Assembly (NCBI GenBank): GCA_964485035.1
Contig: CAZAIE010000001.1
Span: forward strand, 1 to 35,160
DNA: 35,160 nt
From: an uncultured Myxococcaceae bacterium
Lineage (GTDB): Bacteria > Myxococcota > Myxococcia > Myxococcales > UBA5297
Direction of reading: 5' to 3'
Both the position numbers and the translations under genes were made by a program. The first letter of the stretch is position 1, and every line of letters begins with the position of its first letter. Shown piece by piece: positions 1 to 8,800 of this stretch. The notes under the pieces were generated by a model. That model saw only the letters and a list, made by a program, of their open reading frames with translations. It was not told the DNA's origin and made no database searches.

Positions 1-3000
1 GCTCTTGCCCACCGTGCCCTCTGGGAGAAACTGGGTCGCAAGGCGCACCCGGTCCGGCGCCACGACAGCGAGCGTCAGTGGCTGGGCGGCGGTCTTGCCT
101 GCGGCGTCCTTGACCTCGACGCGGAAGGGGAACGTGCCGTCACGGCCCGGGACGCCTTCCAGCGTGCCGTCCTGGCCGAGCGCGAGCCCAGAGGGCAGCA
201 CTGCCCCAGGCGCGAGCGACCAGGCGTACGGGGGCTTTCCGCCCACGGCCGCCAGCTTCGCAACATAGGGCTTGGAGTACTCGGCCGCCGGGAGGTCCTG
301 GGTCACGACAGTCAGCGGCACTGCAGAGGCGGTCACCTCGAGTGTCAACCGTGCGGTCGCGACCTTCCCTCCCGAGGCGACCTGTACGTCGAACGCGGCT
401 CCGCTCGCCGGAACAGTGGGCAGACCAGCGATGTCGCCAGCGGCCGACAGGGCGAGCCCGGCCGGGAGCTTGGTGCCGTTGGAGAGAGAGAAGGCGTAGC
501 GGCCGTCGCCGCCGCTCGCGTGCACCCGCACCGAGTAGGCCGACTGCACCTGCGCCGCAGGGAGGGTCTTGGTGACGATCGCGAGGCTGTCGGAAACCAC
601 CTTGAACGGCGCCTCCATCACCCCGGTGTTGTTGACCATCAGGATCTCGGGGAGCTTCTGCTCCGGATCGACGATGACTCCCAGGTAGTACTCGCCCGGA
701 AGCAGGTCGGCCGGGAGCACCAGGTTGTCGACCGTGGACTTCTCACCGAAAGCGGGGATGCCCTCGGCCTGCTCGACCGTCCCAGGTGCTGGCGTGAGCA
801 GGCGGTCCGAGCGGGTGACGACCGCGTTCTCGGAGAGGTAGACCGAGTAGGCGATTTTCCGGATGGTGCAGCTACCCGCGACGCAGCCCTCTCCCGCCGG
901 GCAGGTGTCGTCCGTGGTGCAGGCAGCGGTCTCGCAGGTGCCAGAGGTTCCGCAGGACTGGCCCGCAGGACAATTGGCCGGAGCAGTGCAGGACTTGCGG
1001 CAGCGGCCGGTATCGCAGGTCCACCCGGTGCCGCAGTCGGCCGGGACGCCACAGGGCCCCGACCACCCGCTCCCGACGTTCTTGATGACGTGCGTCACGA
1101 CGAGCGAACCCCCGGCGGCGAGGCTGGCCTTGTCGGTGGTGACGCTGCCCACCACGAGGTCGGGCGTCGGCCCGCCAAGGGTGACCTTCCGTCCGCCTGC
1201 CGGCGCCGTGTTGTTGGCCTCGTTGTCCTCCGAAGCCTTGTTGTCCGGGTCCACGAAGGCGAAGAGGTAGAAGGGGCTGGTCGTCAGGTTGCTCGGAAGC
1301 GTGGGCGTCAGGAGCACGTCGCGGCGCTGCTGGACGGCCACGTCGATGGCTTGGGAGTTGCCCAAGACCAGGTCCTTGGCCGGGTCCAGCGCCGCATCGG
1401 TCGAGAGGAAGAAGCGGACGGTGACGCCCTTGACGTCCTCGCCACCCTGGTTGAAGACCGTGGCGCCGATGCGCAGCGGCACCCCGGCATACCCCACGTC
1501 GTCGGAGTACACGCGGGTCAGGGTCAGGTCTGCGGACTGGGTGAAGTGGATCTGCGTGTTCGGCTGGTAGTCGGCGACGGCGCAGGCGGCGGTCGTCCCG
1601 CAGGGCAAGCCCGCGAGACCGAAGACTCCACCCGGGCCCTGGATGCCCACCGCCGCCTTCGGCGCCTTCGAGGCCTCCGGCGGCTGGTAGGCCGACATCG
1701 TGGAGGGTCCATAGGCGAACTCGATCTTCCCGGTGGTCTCGTGGAGCTTGGCCTGGAAGGTCACGCCATTTGCAGCCTTGCCCGCGGTGTCGGGGGCGTA
1801 CCAGACGCGGTCCCACTGGAAGGTGACTACCCGGAGCGGAGTCACGCCGCTCACCGCGTACGAGACCTGGCCCGGGAGGCAGTCCCACTCACCCCACCAA
1901 GGCGCCACGATGGGGAACGCGCCGCCGGGCGCGGAGCTGGGGATGCCCGCGCTCGTCTTGAGGTTGCCGATCGCGCAGCCAGTAGATTGCTGCGCTGTGC
2001 AGGTCGGACCGAACCCGAGGTAGCCACGGCAGCCCACCTGCACGCTGGTGTGCGACTCGCCGTAGAACCGGAAGGCGAACGGGAGCGCCACGACCTGCTG
2101 CGGCCCGTTGGATTGGGTCAGGTCCATGCTGATCTCGCTGCCGCCGACCAGCGGCGAGAAGGGCGCGCTGATCACCGGGGAGAGCTGGTAGGCGGCGTGG
2201 GCGGGCGCGGCGCCGAGGAGGGTCGCGAGCACGGCCACCAGCCCCAGCCCCTTGCGACGGCGCAGGAGGAGCGGCAGCAGCGCGAGCCCGAGGAGCGGGA
2301 AGAGCCCCACCCCTGCGGCCGAGCAGCCAGTGGTCTCTGTCGGGACCGCAGGGGGAATGGCCTTGGGCGCGATACGGATGGTGAGCGGAACCAGGGCCTG
2401 GGCCCCGGCCTCCTCGATGAGGAGCAGCACCGAGTCATAGCTCCGGGGAGCTGCGTCTTCAGGGACCGTCCCGGCGATGCGGCCTTCCGCGCTCAGGCTC
2501 AGCCCCGGAGGCAACTCTCCGCCATAGACCTCGAACTTCGTCCGCGGGCGCGCGCCCAGCGAGAGGTTGAGCGAATACTCGGCCCCCAAAGTCGCCTCCG
2601 GCACTGCCGGCATGGTGAAGGTGGCCGGGCGCGACCGCACGCTCAGGATGAAGGCGCCGGTGTCGGTGAAACCCGCCGCGTCGGTCACCTCCGCGATGAT
2701 TGGGTAGAACCCGGCGCGAGTCGGCGTTCCGAGCAGCGAGTCGCCCTGCAGCCGCAGCCCCTCGGGGATCGACTCGGCGGGGATGGTCCACGTGTACGGT
2801 GCCGTCCCGTACTGCGACTGCAGCTGCTGCCGGTAGGCGATGCCCACCTTCGCGTCCTCGAGCTTCACGGTCGAGACGAAGAGCGTGCCCGGCATCACCG
2901 CCCGCATCGACAACTCGCCGACGACACGGCTTCCGAAGGCGTCCTGGACGGCCACCTTGAAGGTGACGTTCCCGTAGCTCCGCGTGAGCTTGCCGCTGAG

Positions 3001-5715
3001 CTTGCCGTCATGCCCGAGAGTCAGACCGTCGGGGACGCTCCCATCCTCCAGCAGCCACACGTACGGCCGCACGCCGCCGACCGCGGAGAGCTTGACCGAG
3101 TAGTCCAGCCCCACCACTGCGGTGGGGAGCTTCGCCGAGAGGAGCGCCAGCGGGCTGCTGGGCAACACGGCCCGCATCGCCAGGCGCGCGAGGGCGCTGC
3201 GACCACCCGAGGCGACCTTGACCGTGAACACCGAGACCGCGGCCTCGGTGGGCTGGCCCTTCAGCTCGCCCGACGCGCTCAGGGTCATGCCCTTGGGCAG
3301 GTCGCCCTGCCCCGCTTCCACGGTCCACACGTAGGTGCCGTCGCCGCCGGAGGCGACGAGTTGCTGGAGGTAGTCCACGCCGACCAGCGCGTCCGGAAGC
3401 GACGAACTCTCCACGCGCAGGGAGCTGGCCACGACCTCGACCGTTCCCAAGGAGCCCAGTGCGTTGTTCGTCTTGTCCAACTCGGGGAAAGCGTTCTCCG
3501 GGTCGAGCACCAGCCCGACGAAGTAGGTGCCCGGAGAGATGCCCTGGGGAATGAGCACGAGGTCGGTCGCGCGGTCCACGCCGCCCGGCGCGAGGTGCCC
3601 CTCGCCTGCCGCCTTCTCCTTGCCCTCGCCGTCGAGCAGCGCCAGCGGGAGGTCCTCCGAGGAGATGATCTCGTTGGAGGACAGGTAGTAGCGGTAGAGG
3701 AACGGCGCGGCCTCCGGCGAGTCGTTCCCGCGGTTCCCCAGGTTGCGCATCACCCGATAGACCGGGAGCACCTCGCCCACCGCAGCCACCGCGGGCGCCT
3801 GGACCTGGACCGGGGTGAGGTCCATCGCCGGCTGGCGCGTGCCGATGCCCTTGGGCGCCACCGACTTGTTGTTGGTCTTGTTGCTCTCGGGGACGGTGTT
3901 GCGGCAGTCGATGATGACGCCGATGTAGTAGGTCCCATCCGTGAGCGCCTTGCCCGCCGTGTTCTGGGTGGGGATGGTCGCCTCGACCTCGATGTTCTTC
4001 GTCTCCTTGCCCACGTAGGTTTGGTTCAGGAGCAGCGGCTCGTTCGGGGTCATGTCGATGTCGAAGAGCGAGACCATCGGGGTGTCGGAGAGGAGCACGC
4101 AGATGTAGAAGTTCTTCGCCGTCCCGCCGCCTGCATTCATCGCAGTGAACGAAACCCGCACCTTCTCGCCGAAGTAGCCCGTGGTCGTCTCCGGGTAGGG
4201 AGCGGTGATGGACTTCACCTTCACTTCCTTCACCAGGATGTCCGCCGCGGAGATGGTGACCGTCCCGCTCGCCACCGCCGTGTTGTTGGTCTCGCTGAGT
4301 TCCAGGACGTCACCCGTGGGCTTGCCTGTCACGACCGGATCGACGACCAGGATGTAGTAGTACTTCCCGTCCGCCAGGGTGAACGGCAGCTTCGCCGGCG
4401 GGGTCAACTCCAGGGTCTCGCCGCCGCCGATGGCAGGGACGGTGCCGGTGTAGAAGAGCTTGTCGGACGCCGGGACGATCGTCGTACCGGTGGTGAGCCA
4501 GAGTTGGTAGCTGAACTGGACTCCCGACGGGTCGGTTCCGCGGTTGCGGATGGTGACCTGCAGGTTCGCGTCGTCGCCCGGCCCAGCGTTCCCGGGACCA
4601 GAGATGAGCCCCTCCAGGTCCACGCCGATGAGGTACCCCATGCTCACACCAGTATTGTTGGTCTCCAGCGCCTCCTTCACCTCGTTCGTGGGGTCGAGGT
4701 TCACGCCGAGGTAGAAGGTGCCCGCCGCCGGCTTCTCGAACTCCAGCCCGGTCTCGACGTAGTTCCCCTCGGTCAGACCAGCGAGCGTCTCCGGCGCCGT
4801 GTGCGACCGCAGCAACGTGCACTTGGTGGGGTCGTTGAGGACCACCGAGGCCTGCTTGCAGAGGTAGAGGTCGAAGGCGAAGCCCACCGCCGGGTTCTGG
4901 CCCTGGTTCCTCACCCGGACCGTCACGTCGAGGGAGTAGCCCGGGTTGCCGTTGACGGTCGTCGAGGTCAGCGTCGAGCCGATCACGGCGCTCACCAGCA
5001 GGTCGGGGTCCACTGCGGGAGCCACGGAGATCATCTTGCCGGCCGGCCAATCGGCGTTCAGGCACCGGGCCGTGGTGTTGGTGCAGGGCAGGAAGGTCAG
5101 TCCCGCCGTCCCAGTAGCGTCCTCCATTCCCGCTCCGGCCTTGCCCGTGCCCGAGGTCGTGGAGATCGCGCCGTAGTACATGACGATGGCGTTGGTCCCC
5201 TCCTGGAAGTCCACCTGCAGGGTGCGCAGGCCGCCCGAGGAGTAGTGCTCCCAGTCCGACCACTTCACCGAGTAGATGCGGTTGGGGGCCGTGCCCACGG
5301 TCGTCACGTCGACCTTCGCCGTAGTGGACTTCATGTCCGCCATCCAGGGCGCAAGCAGGCCATTCGGCACGGCCGGGTCGGGGAAGTTCTTGGTGTTGTA
5401 GCAATCGCCGACCAAGCCGCCCGTGCACTTCTTCGGGGACCCCGGCTCGAAGATGAAGATGCCGTCCATGGTCACATCGGCCGTGGTGTAGCTCTTCCCG
5501 TAGTAGACGAACGGGAACGGGAAGGTCAGCGTCGCGATTCCGTAGTCCGTTTGCGGCGAACCCGAGGTTCCGAGCAGGGCCACCGAGGACCAGCCGGAGT
5601 AGGGGGGCGCCAGCGCCGGGGTGGGCTGGCTCACCACGTAGACTGCCTGAGCGTGGGCGGCCCCCGGCGCGGCCAGGGCCGCCAGCACGAGGGAGAACGC
5701 GAGCCGCTTCATCAT
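1..5715 (-). CDS. Giant secreted surface/adhesin-like repeat protein, partial. The N-terminus is in the window and the ORF runs off the left edge (at least 1905 codons).
   Basis: The ORF track omits it because there is no stop codon in the window. Manual reverse-complement translation from ATGATG at 5715/5712 gives MMKRLAFSLVLAALAAPGAAHA/QAVYVVSQPTPALAPPYSGW...LTFPFPFVYYGKSYTTADVTMDG. That is a Sec signal followed by an N-domain I read as NIDO-like, on the LPFxFxFYG motif alone. GGAG lies 7 nt upstream of the ATG. No complete ORF is listed in this minus frame anywhere between 1 and 5715, whereas the other frames are fragmented; this fits one uninterrupted frame. I spot-checked translation at 5520-5715, 3300-3360, 2160-2400, 840-1080 and 1-60. 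Repeated CARDB-like modules (...NxG......V.FYLS.D..L...D..L......DP.N.V.E..E.NN) and He_PIG/Ig-like modules (LP.A.VG..Y...L.A.GG..PY.W....G.LP.GL.L...G.L.G.P) are present. Positions 1-60 still encode ...LATQFLPEGTVGKS, the start of another Ig-like repeat. Confidence 0.85.
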   Translation of the reverse strand, partial: MMKRLAFSLVLAALAAPGAAHAQAVYVVSQPTPALAPPYSGWSSVALLGTSGSPQTDYGIATLTFPFPFVYYGKSYTTADVTMDGIFIFEPGSPKKCTGGLVGDCYNTKNFPDPAVPNGLLAPWMADMKSTTAKVDVTTVGTAPNRIYSVKWSDWEHYSSGGLRTLQVDFQEGTNAIVMYYGAISTTSGTGKAGAGMEDATGTAGLTFLPCTNTTARCLNADWPAGKMISVAPAVDPDLLVSAVIGSTLTSTTVNGNPGYSLDVTVRVRNQGQNPAVGFAFDLYLCKQASVVLNDPTKCTLLRSHTAPETLAGLTEGNYVETGLEFEKPAAGTFYLGVNLDPTNEVKEALETNNTGVSMGYLIGVDLEGLISGPGNAGPGDDANLQVTIRNRGTDPSGVQFSYQLWLTTGTTIVPASDKLFYTGTVPAIGGGETLELTPPAKLPFTLADGKYYYILVVDPVVTGKPTGDVLELSETNNTAVASGTVTISAADILVKEVKVKSITAPYPETTTGYFGEKVRVSFTAMNAGGGTAKNFYICVLLSDTPMVSLFDIDMTPNEPLLLNQTYVGKETKNIEVEATIPTQNTAGKALTDGTYYIGVIIDCRNTVPESNKTNNKSVAPKGIGTRQPAMDLTPVQVQAPAVAAVGEVLPVYRVMRNLGNRGNDSPEAAPFLYRYYLSSNEIISSEDLPLALLDGEGKEKAAGEGHLAPGGVDRATDLVLIPQGISPGTYFVGLVLDPENAFPELDKTNNALGSLGTVEVVASSLRVESSSLPDALVGVDYLQQLVASGGDGTYVWTVEAGQGDLPKGMTLSASGELKGQPTEAAVSVFTVKVASGGRSALARLAMRAVLPSSPLALLSAKLPTAVVGLDYSVKLSAVGGVRPYVWLLEDGSVPDGLTLGHDGKLSGKLTRSYGNVTFKVAVQDAFGSRVVGELSMRAVMPGTLFVSTVKLEDAKVGIAYRQQLQSQYGTAPYTWTIPAESIPEGLRLQGDSLLGTPTRAGFYPIIAEVTDAAGFTDTGAFILSVRSRPATFTMPAVPEATLGAEYSLNLSLGARPRTKFEVYGGELPPGLSLSAEGRIAGTVPEDAAPRSYDSVLLLIEEAGAQALVPLTIRIAPKAIPPAVPTETTGCSAAGVGLFPLLGLALLPLLLRRRKGLGLVAVLATLLGAAPAHAAYQLSPVISAPFSPLVGGSEISMDLTQSNGPQQVVALPFAFRFYGESHTSVQVGCRGYLGFGPTCTAQQSTGCAIGNLKTSAGIPSSAPGGAFPIVAPWWGEWDCLPGQVSYAVSGVTPLRVVTFQWDRVWYAPDTAGKAANGVTFQAKLHETTGKIEFAYGPSTMSAYQPPEASKAPKAAVGIQGPGGVFGLAGLPCGTTAACAVADYQPNTQIHFTQSADLTLTRVYSDDVGYAGVPLRIGATVFNQGGEDVKGVTVRFFLSTDAALDPAKDLVLGNSQAIDVAVQQRRDVLLTPTLPSNLTTSPFYLFAFVDPDNKASEDNEANNTAPAGGRKVTLGGPTPDLVVGSVTTDKASLAAGGSLVVTHVIKNVGSGWSGPCGVPADCGTGWTCDTGRCRKSCTAPANCPAGQSCGTSGTCETAACTTDDTCPAGEGCVAGSCTIRKIAYSVYLSENAVVTRSDRLLTPAPGTVEQAEGIPAFGEKSTVDNLVLPADLLPGEYYLGVIVDPEQKLPEILMVNNTGVMEAPFKVVSDSLAIVTKTLPAAQVQSAYSVRVHASGGDGRYAFSLSNGTKLPAGLALSAAGDIAGLPTVPASGAAFDVQVASGGKVATARLTLEVTASAVPLTVVTQDLPAAEYSKPYVAKLAAVGGKPPYAWSLAPGAVLPSGLALGQDGTLEGVPGRDGTFPFRVEVKDAAGKTAAQPLTLAVVAPDRVRLATQFLPEGTVGKS
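2194..2328 (-). other. Internal MYXO-CTERM-like segment fused in frame to a signal-peptide-like segment inside the giant ORF
   Basis: Verified reverse-complement translation of 2161-2400: ...PKAIPPAVPTETTGCSAAGVGLFPLLGLALLPLLLRRRKGLGLVAVLATLLGAAPAHAAYQLSPVISAP... GC + hydrophobic stretch + RRRK has the shape of a myxobacterial C-terminal sorting tail. It is followed, with no stop codon, by a hydrophobic stretch ending AHA/AY and a second copy of the NIDO-like N-domain (ALPFAFRFYGESHTSVQVGCRGYLGFG). In-frame GTG codons lie at 2238 and 2232. Confidence 0.7.
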
Positions 5716-5789
5716 CGTCCTGCTCCATGCGCCGGGACTCGGCGCTCAAGCACTACGTCGGAAAGCAATGCCGGGGTCCACGCACCGGA

Positions 5790-5814
5790 GCGGGACGGCC
5801 CTCCGCCGTCCCGC
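5790..5814 (-). terminator. Stem-loop between the vWA lipoprotein gene and the giant ORF (possible attenuator or weak terminator)
   Basis: gcgggacgg (5790-5798) pairs with ccgtcccgc (5806-5814): a 9-bp perfect GC-rich stem with a 7-nt loop, 16 nt downstream of the upstream gene's stop. There is no U-tract. Confidence 0.3.
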
Positions 5815-5829
5815 TGCCGCCGCGGAAGG

Positions 5830-8800
5830 CTACTGCAGGCAGGCCACGTGGTAGCTGACGGCGATGGTCGAGCCGGGCTCGGGCACCGAGAGCGCATCGA
5901 AGTCGATGGCCGTCGCCGCCGAGTTGAACGACCAACGCGTGTCGTCGTAGGGCCCCTTCTCCGGGTACGGCACGCCGTCCACGGTGATGGTGATCTGCCC
6001 GTTGGCGGTGTCCGGCACGTTGGAGAGGAAGAACCGGGTGCGGTAGCCGAACGCCGTCTGCCCCAGCTTCTCCAGCGTGGTGGCCCAGTTCGGCGTGCAG
6101 ATCTCGTCGGAGACGCCGGCGCTCGCCTGCACCACCTGGCTGACGCGCAGGTTCTGGTGGGCGTCGGACTCGTCGTACGAGCACGAGCCCACCGGGCCGG
6201 TCTTCGGGACGATGCCGTTGAAGGTGAACATGTTCTGCCGCTTGAAGCCCTTAATTGTGAAGAAGGCGTTCAGGTAGAACGAGGTCGGGACGTCGTCCTG
6301 GTCGGCGGCGTCGGAGACCACCACGATGGCCAGATTGGCTTCGTCGCGCAGAAAGTTCTTGCTGCAGCTCGTCAGGTTGGGGTTGGTCAGGGCCAGGTAG
6401 GCCGGACGGATGAGCAACTCGAGGTAGTTGCCGCTGGTGCCCACCTTCACGTTCTGCTTGAAGACCGTCTCCGCGTTCGGGGTCTCGAGGGTGATGACGT
6501 CGTCGTTTCCCGGGGCCTTGAAGAAGCAGCCATTCAGGTCGTCGCCGCTGTCGGTCAACCCGCCGTGGGCCTCGTCCACGCCCGTGGTGGTGACGGCGAT
6601 GTGGTAGTCGACCTGCTGCGCCGCGGCGAACTTGATGAACGAGTCGAAGTTGTTGCCGAGGTTGGTCTGCTTGTCGGACATCGACCCCGAGCTGTCGATG
6701 ACGAAGAGCACGTCGACCTTGGGCTGCGGGTCCTGCGCGAAGATGTCCTCCTGGATCGCGGTGGTGTCGCCGCGGCCAGAGATCGGAATGACCGTGGGCT
6801 GGACCATCTGCGAGGTCTTGAGGGCGATGCTGCCCTGGTCGTCCCCCATGTCCGTCGGCGCGTACTTGGCCTTGAAGTCGGTCGAGTTGCCCGGGGCCAG
6901 GGTGTAGGGCAGGCGCGGCTTCTGGATGATGTGGAACTCCTGCGAGAGCCCCGTCTGCAGGTCGATGGACTCGATGATCTGGTCCTTGGAGCAGACGTTG
7001 TAGACGGTGAAGACGCGCTCGCGCGAGTTGCAGTTGATCTGGATGACGCCGAAGTCCAGCTCGTTGGGCGCGATGAGCAAGCACCCGGTCTGCGCGCTGC
7101 CGGCCAGCGCGACGCGCCCCTCGGGAGCGTCCTTGGACGAGATGTAGAACTCCACCGCGCCGGAGTAGGTGCGTGCGAGCTTCGGGCTGAAGCGCACTGG
7201 AATCTCCAGGGACTTGCCGCCCTCGATCTCGTAGTCGTTGATCGGGCCCTTCACAAGCGTGAAGGCCGGGTCGGTCCCGCGTGCGAACCCTAGTGTAGAA
7301 ACCAAGCACTTGTCCGCCGGGTTGGTCGACTTGTTTCGGATGTTGAACGACAACTGCAGACTCTTGCCTGGCTCCACGTTTCCGAAGTTCACCTGCGGGG
7401 GAACAACGTCGTAGTCGCAGGGCGGCATGGTCACCCCGTTCGCCTCAAGCGGAACCACAGTCACTGGCGCGTACGGGTCGTTCGAGAAGATTTTCAGTTG
7501 CGCGAGCTTTCTCCCTGGAACCTTGGGAGCAAACTTGACCCTCAGATCGGCGTTCTGGTTGGCCTCAGTCCCCGTGCATGATCCAGGATTCACGCAGGGA
7601 GCGGCGAGCCCAGTTGGTGCGTAGCCTTCCGGCGGCCACTCAACCGAGAACTCGCTGTCCGACGGTTCGATGACAACCCGCTTTTCGAGCCAACAGAGGC
7701 CGCGAAGGCAGGTATTCCCGTTCACGCAGTCGGTGTTCTTCGTGCAAGTAATCGCCGAAGCGGAGTCTGGCTCCATCAGCTTCAGATTGTCGTCGGTGAT
7801 CCCGACAACATTGGTCCCAACATTCGCGATAGTGATACGTCGCCGCTGGAAGGTGTCCACGGCGACCGAGCCGAAGTCCAAGCGCGTTGGCTGCACCTCG
7901 ATCGCCGGGCCGCCGCCGATGCCATTGAGGAGGAAGTAGCCGGTGGGGCGCTTGGCGTCGTTGGAGGTGAACCGGAGCTTTGCTTCGTGCTTGCCCAGCA
8001 CGCTCGGCCCGAAGGACAGCTTCACCTTCGCCGACTGACGGGCCTCCACCACCAGCTCCACCTGCTCAGCGTCGTCCTTGGCGAACGCGTTGCCCTTCGA
8101 GGACTCCTGCTCGATGCCCAGCCCGCTGACGGTGATGGGGGTGTTCCCGAGGTTCTTGAAGGTGACCTCGCCCGGGGCCTTGGCCTTGCCGTCCTTGCTG
8201 GGGTTCACGTACCCGAAGTCCAGCAGGCACTCCCACTTCTCCTGGCCGGTCACGGGGTTCTTCACCAGCACCTTGGGCTCGCACTCCAGGACCTGGTCGA
8301 CTCCCTGGCCGATGAGGGGGAGCACCACCGCACACATCGCCGGCTCGCTGATGGACAGCGCGGCCTGGTGCGGCCCCACGTGGTTCGGCTTGAACTCGAT
8401 GGGGACGACGATGTCGCCGTGCTTCGGGACCAGCATCTTGCCGGGGGTGAAGTTCGTGAGGCTGAAGGTCCCCTTGTCGGACTCCGCGATGAGGCCCTCG
8501 ACGTTGACCGTCCAGTCGAGCTCGGTGATGTTCTGGATCTTCACCTGCATGGGGAACGAGGTGCCCAGCGCCACCGAGCCGAAATCCACGTTCTCGACCG
8601 GGGTGACGACGCAGCCGCCCTTCACGCCGCGCCCGCTGAGGTTGATGACCAGCTCCGTGTTCTCGGACTGGGCGAGCTTCAGGCGGACCACGCCGGTGTG
8701 AGCCCCATCGGTCTTGGGCTCGAAGTAGAACGTGAGCTCCTGCTCCTGCTGGGCCTCGAGGTTGAAGTTTGTGATCTCGTAGTTGAACGAGACCTCGTCG

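Noticed and set aside
4310-5749. 479-aa and 338-aa minus-strand ORFs (4310..5749 and 872..1888) overlapping the giant gene
   Set aside because: These are off-frame readings of the same strand, R/G/P-rich and without motifs. The true frame is the one starting at 5715 that never meets a stop in the window.
6766-6774. RGD tripeptide (ISGRGDTTA, residues 768-770) just before the vWA domain of the lipoprotein
   Set aside because: A tripeptide is expected by chance in a 1081-aa protein, and nothing in the sequence suggests integrin-type recognition.
520-7293. 2257-aa plus-strand ORF, the longest in the supplied track
   Set aside because: Its composition is extreme (R/G/D/H/V/L-rich, e.g. ...RRLRGLRRLVGRHRGG...) with no recognisable motifs. 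It lies antisense to two minus-strand genes that have natural composition, signal peptides, RBSs and domain motifs. This is the classic stop-free shadow frame of a GC3-biased genome.
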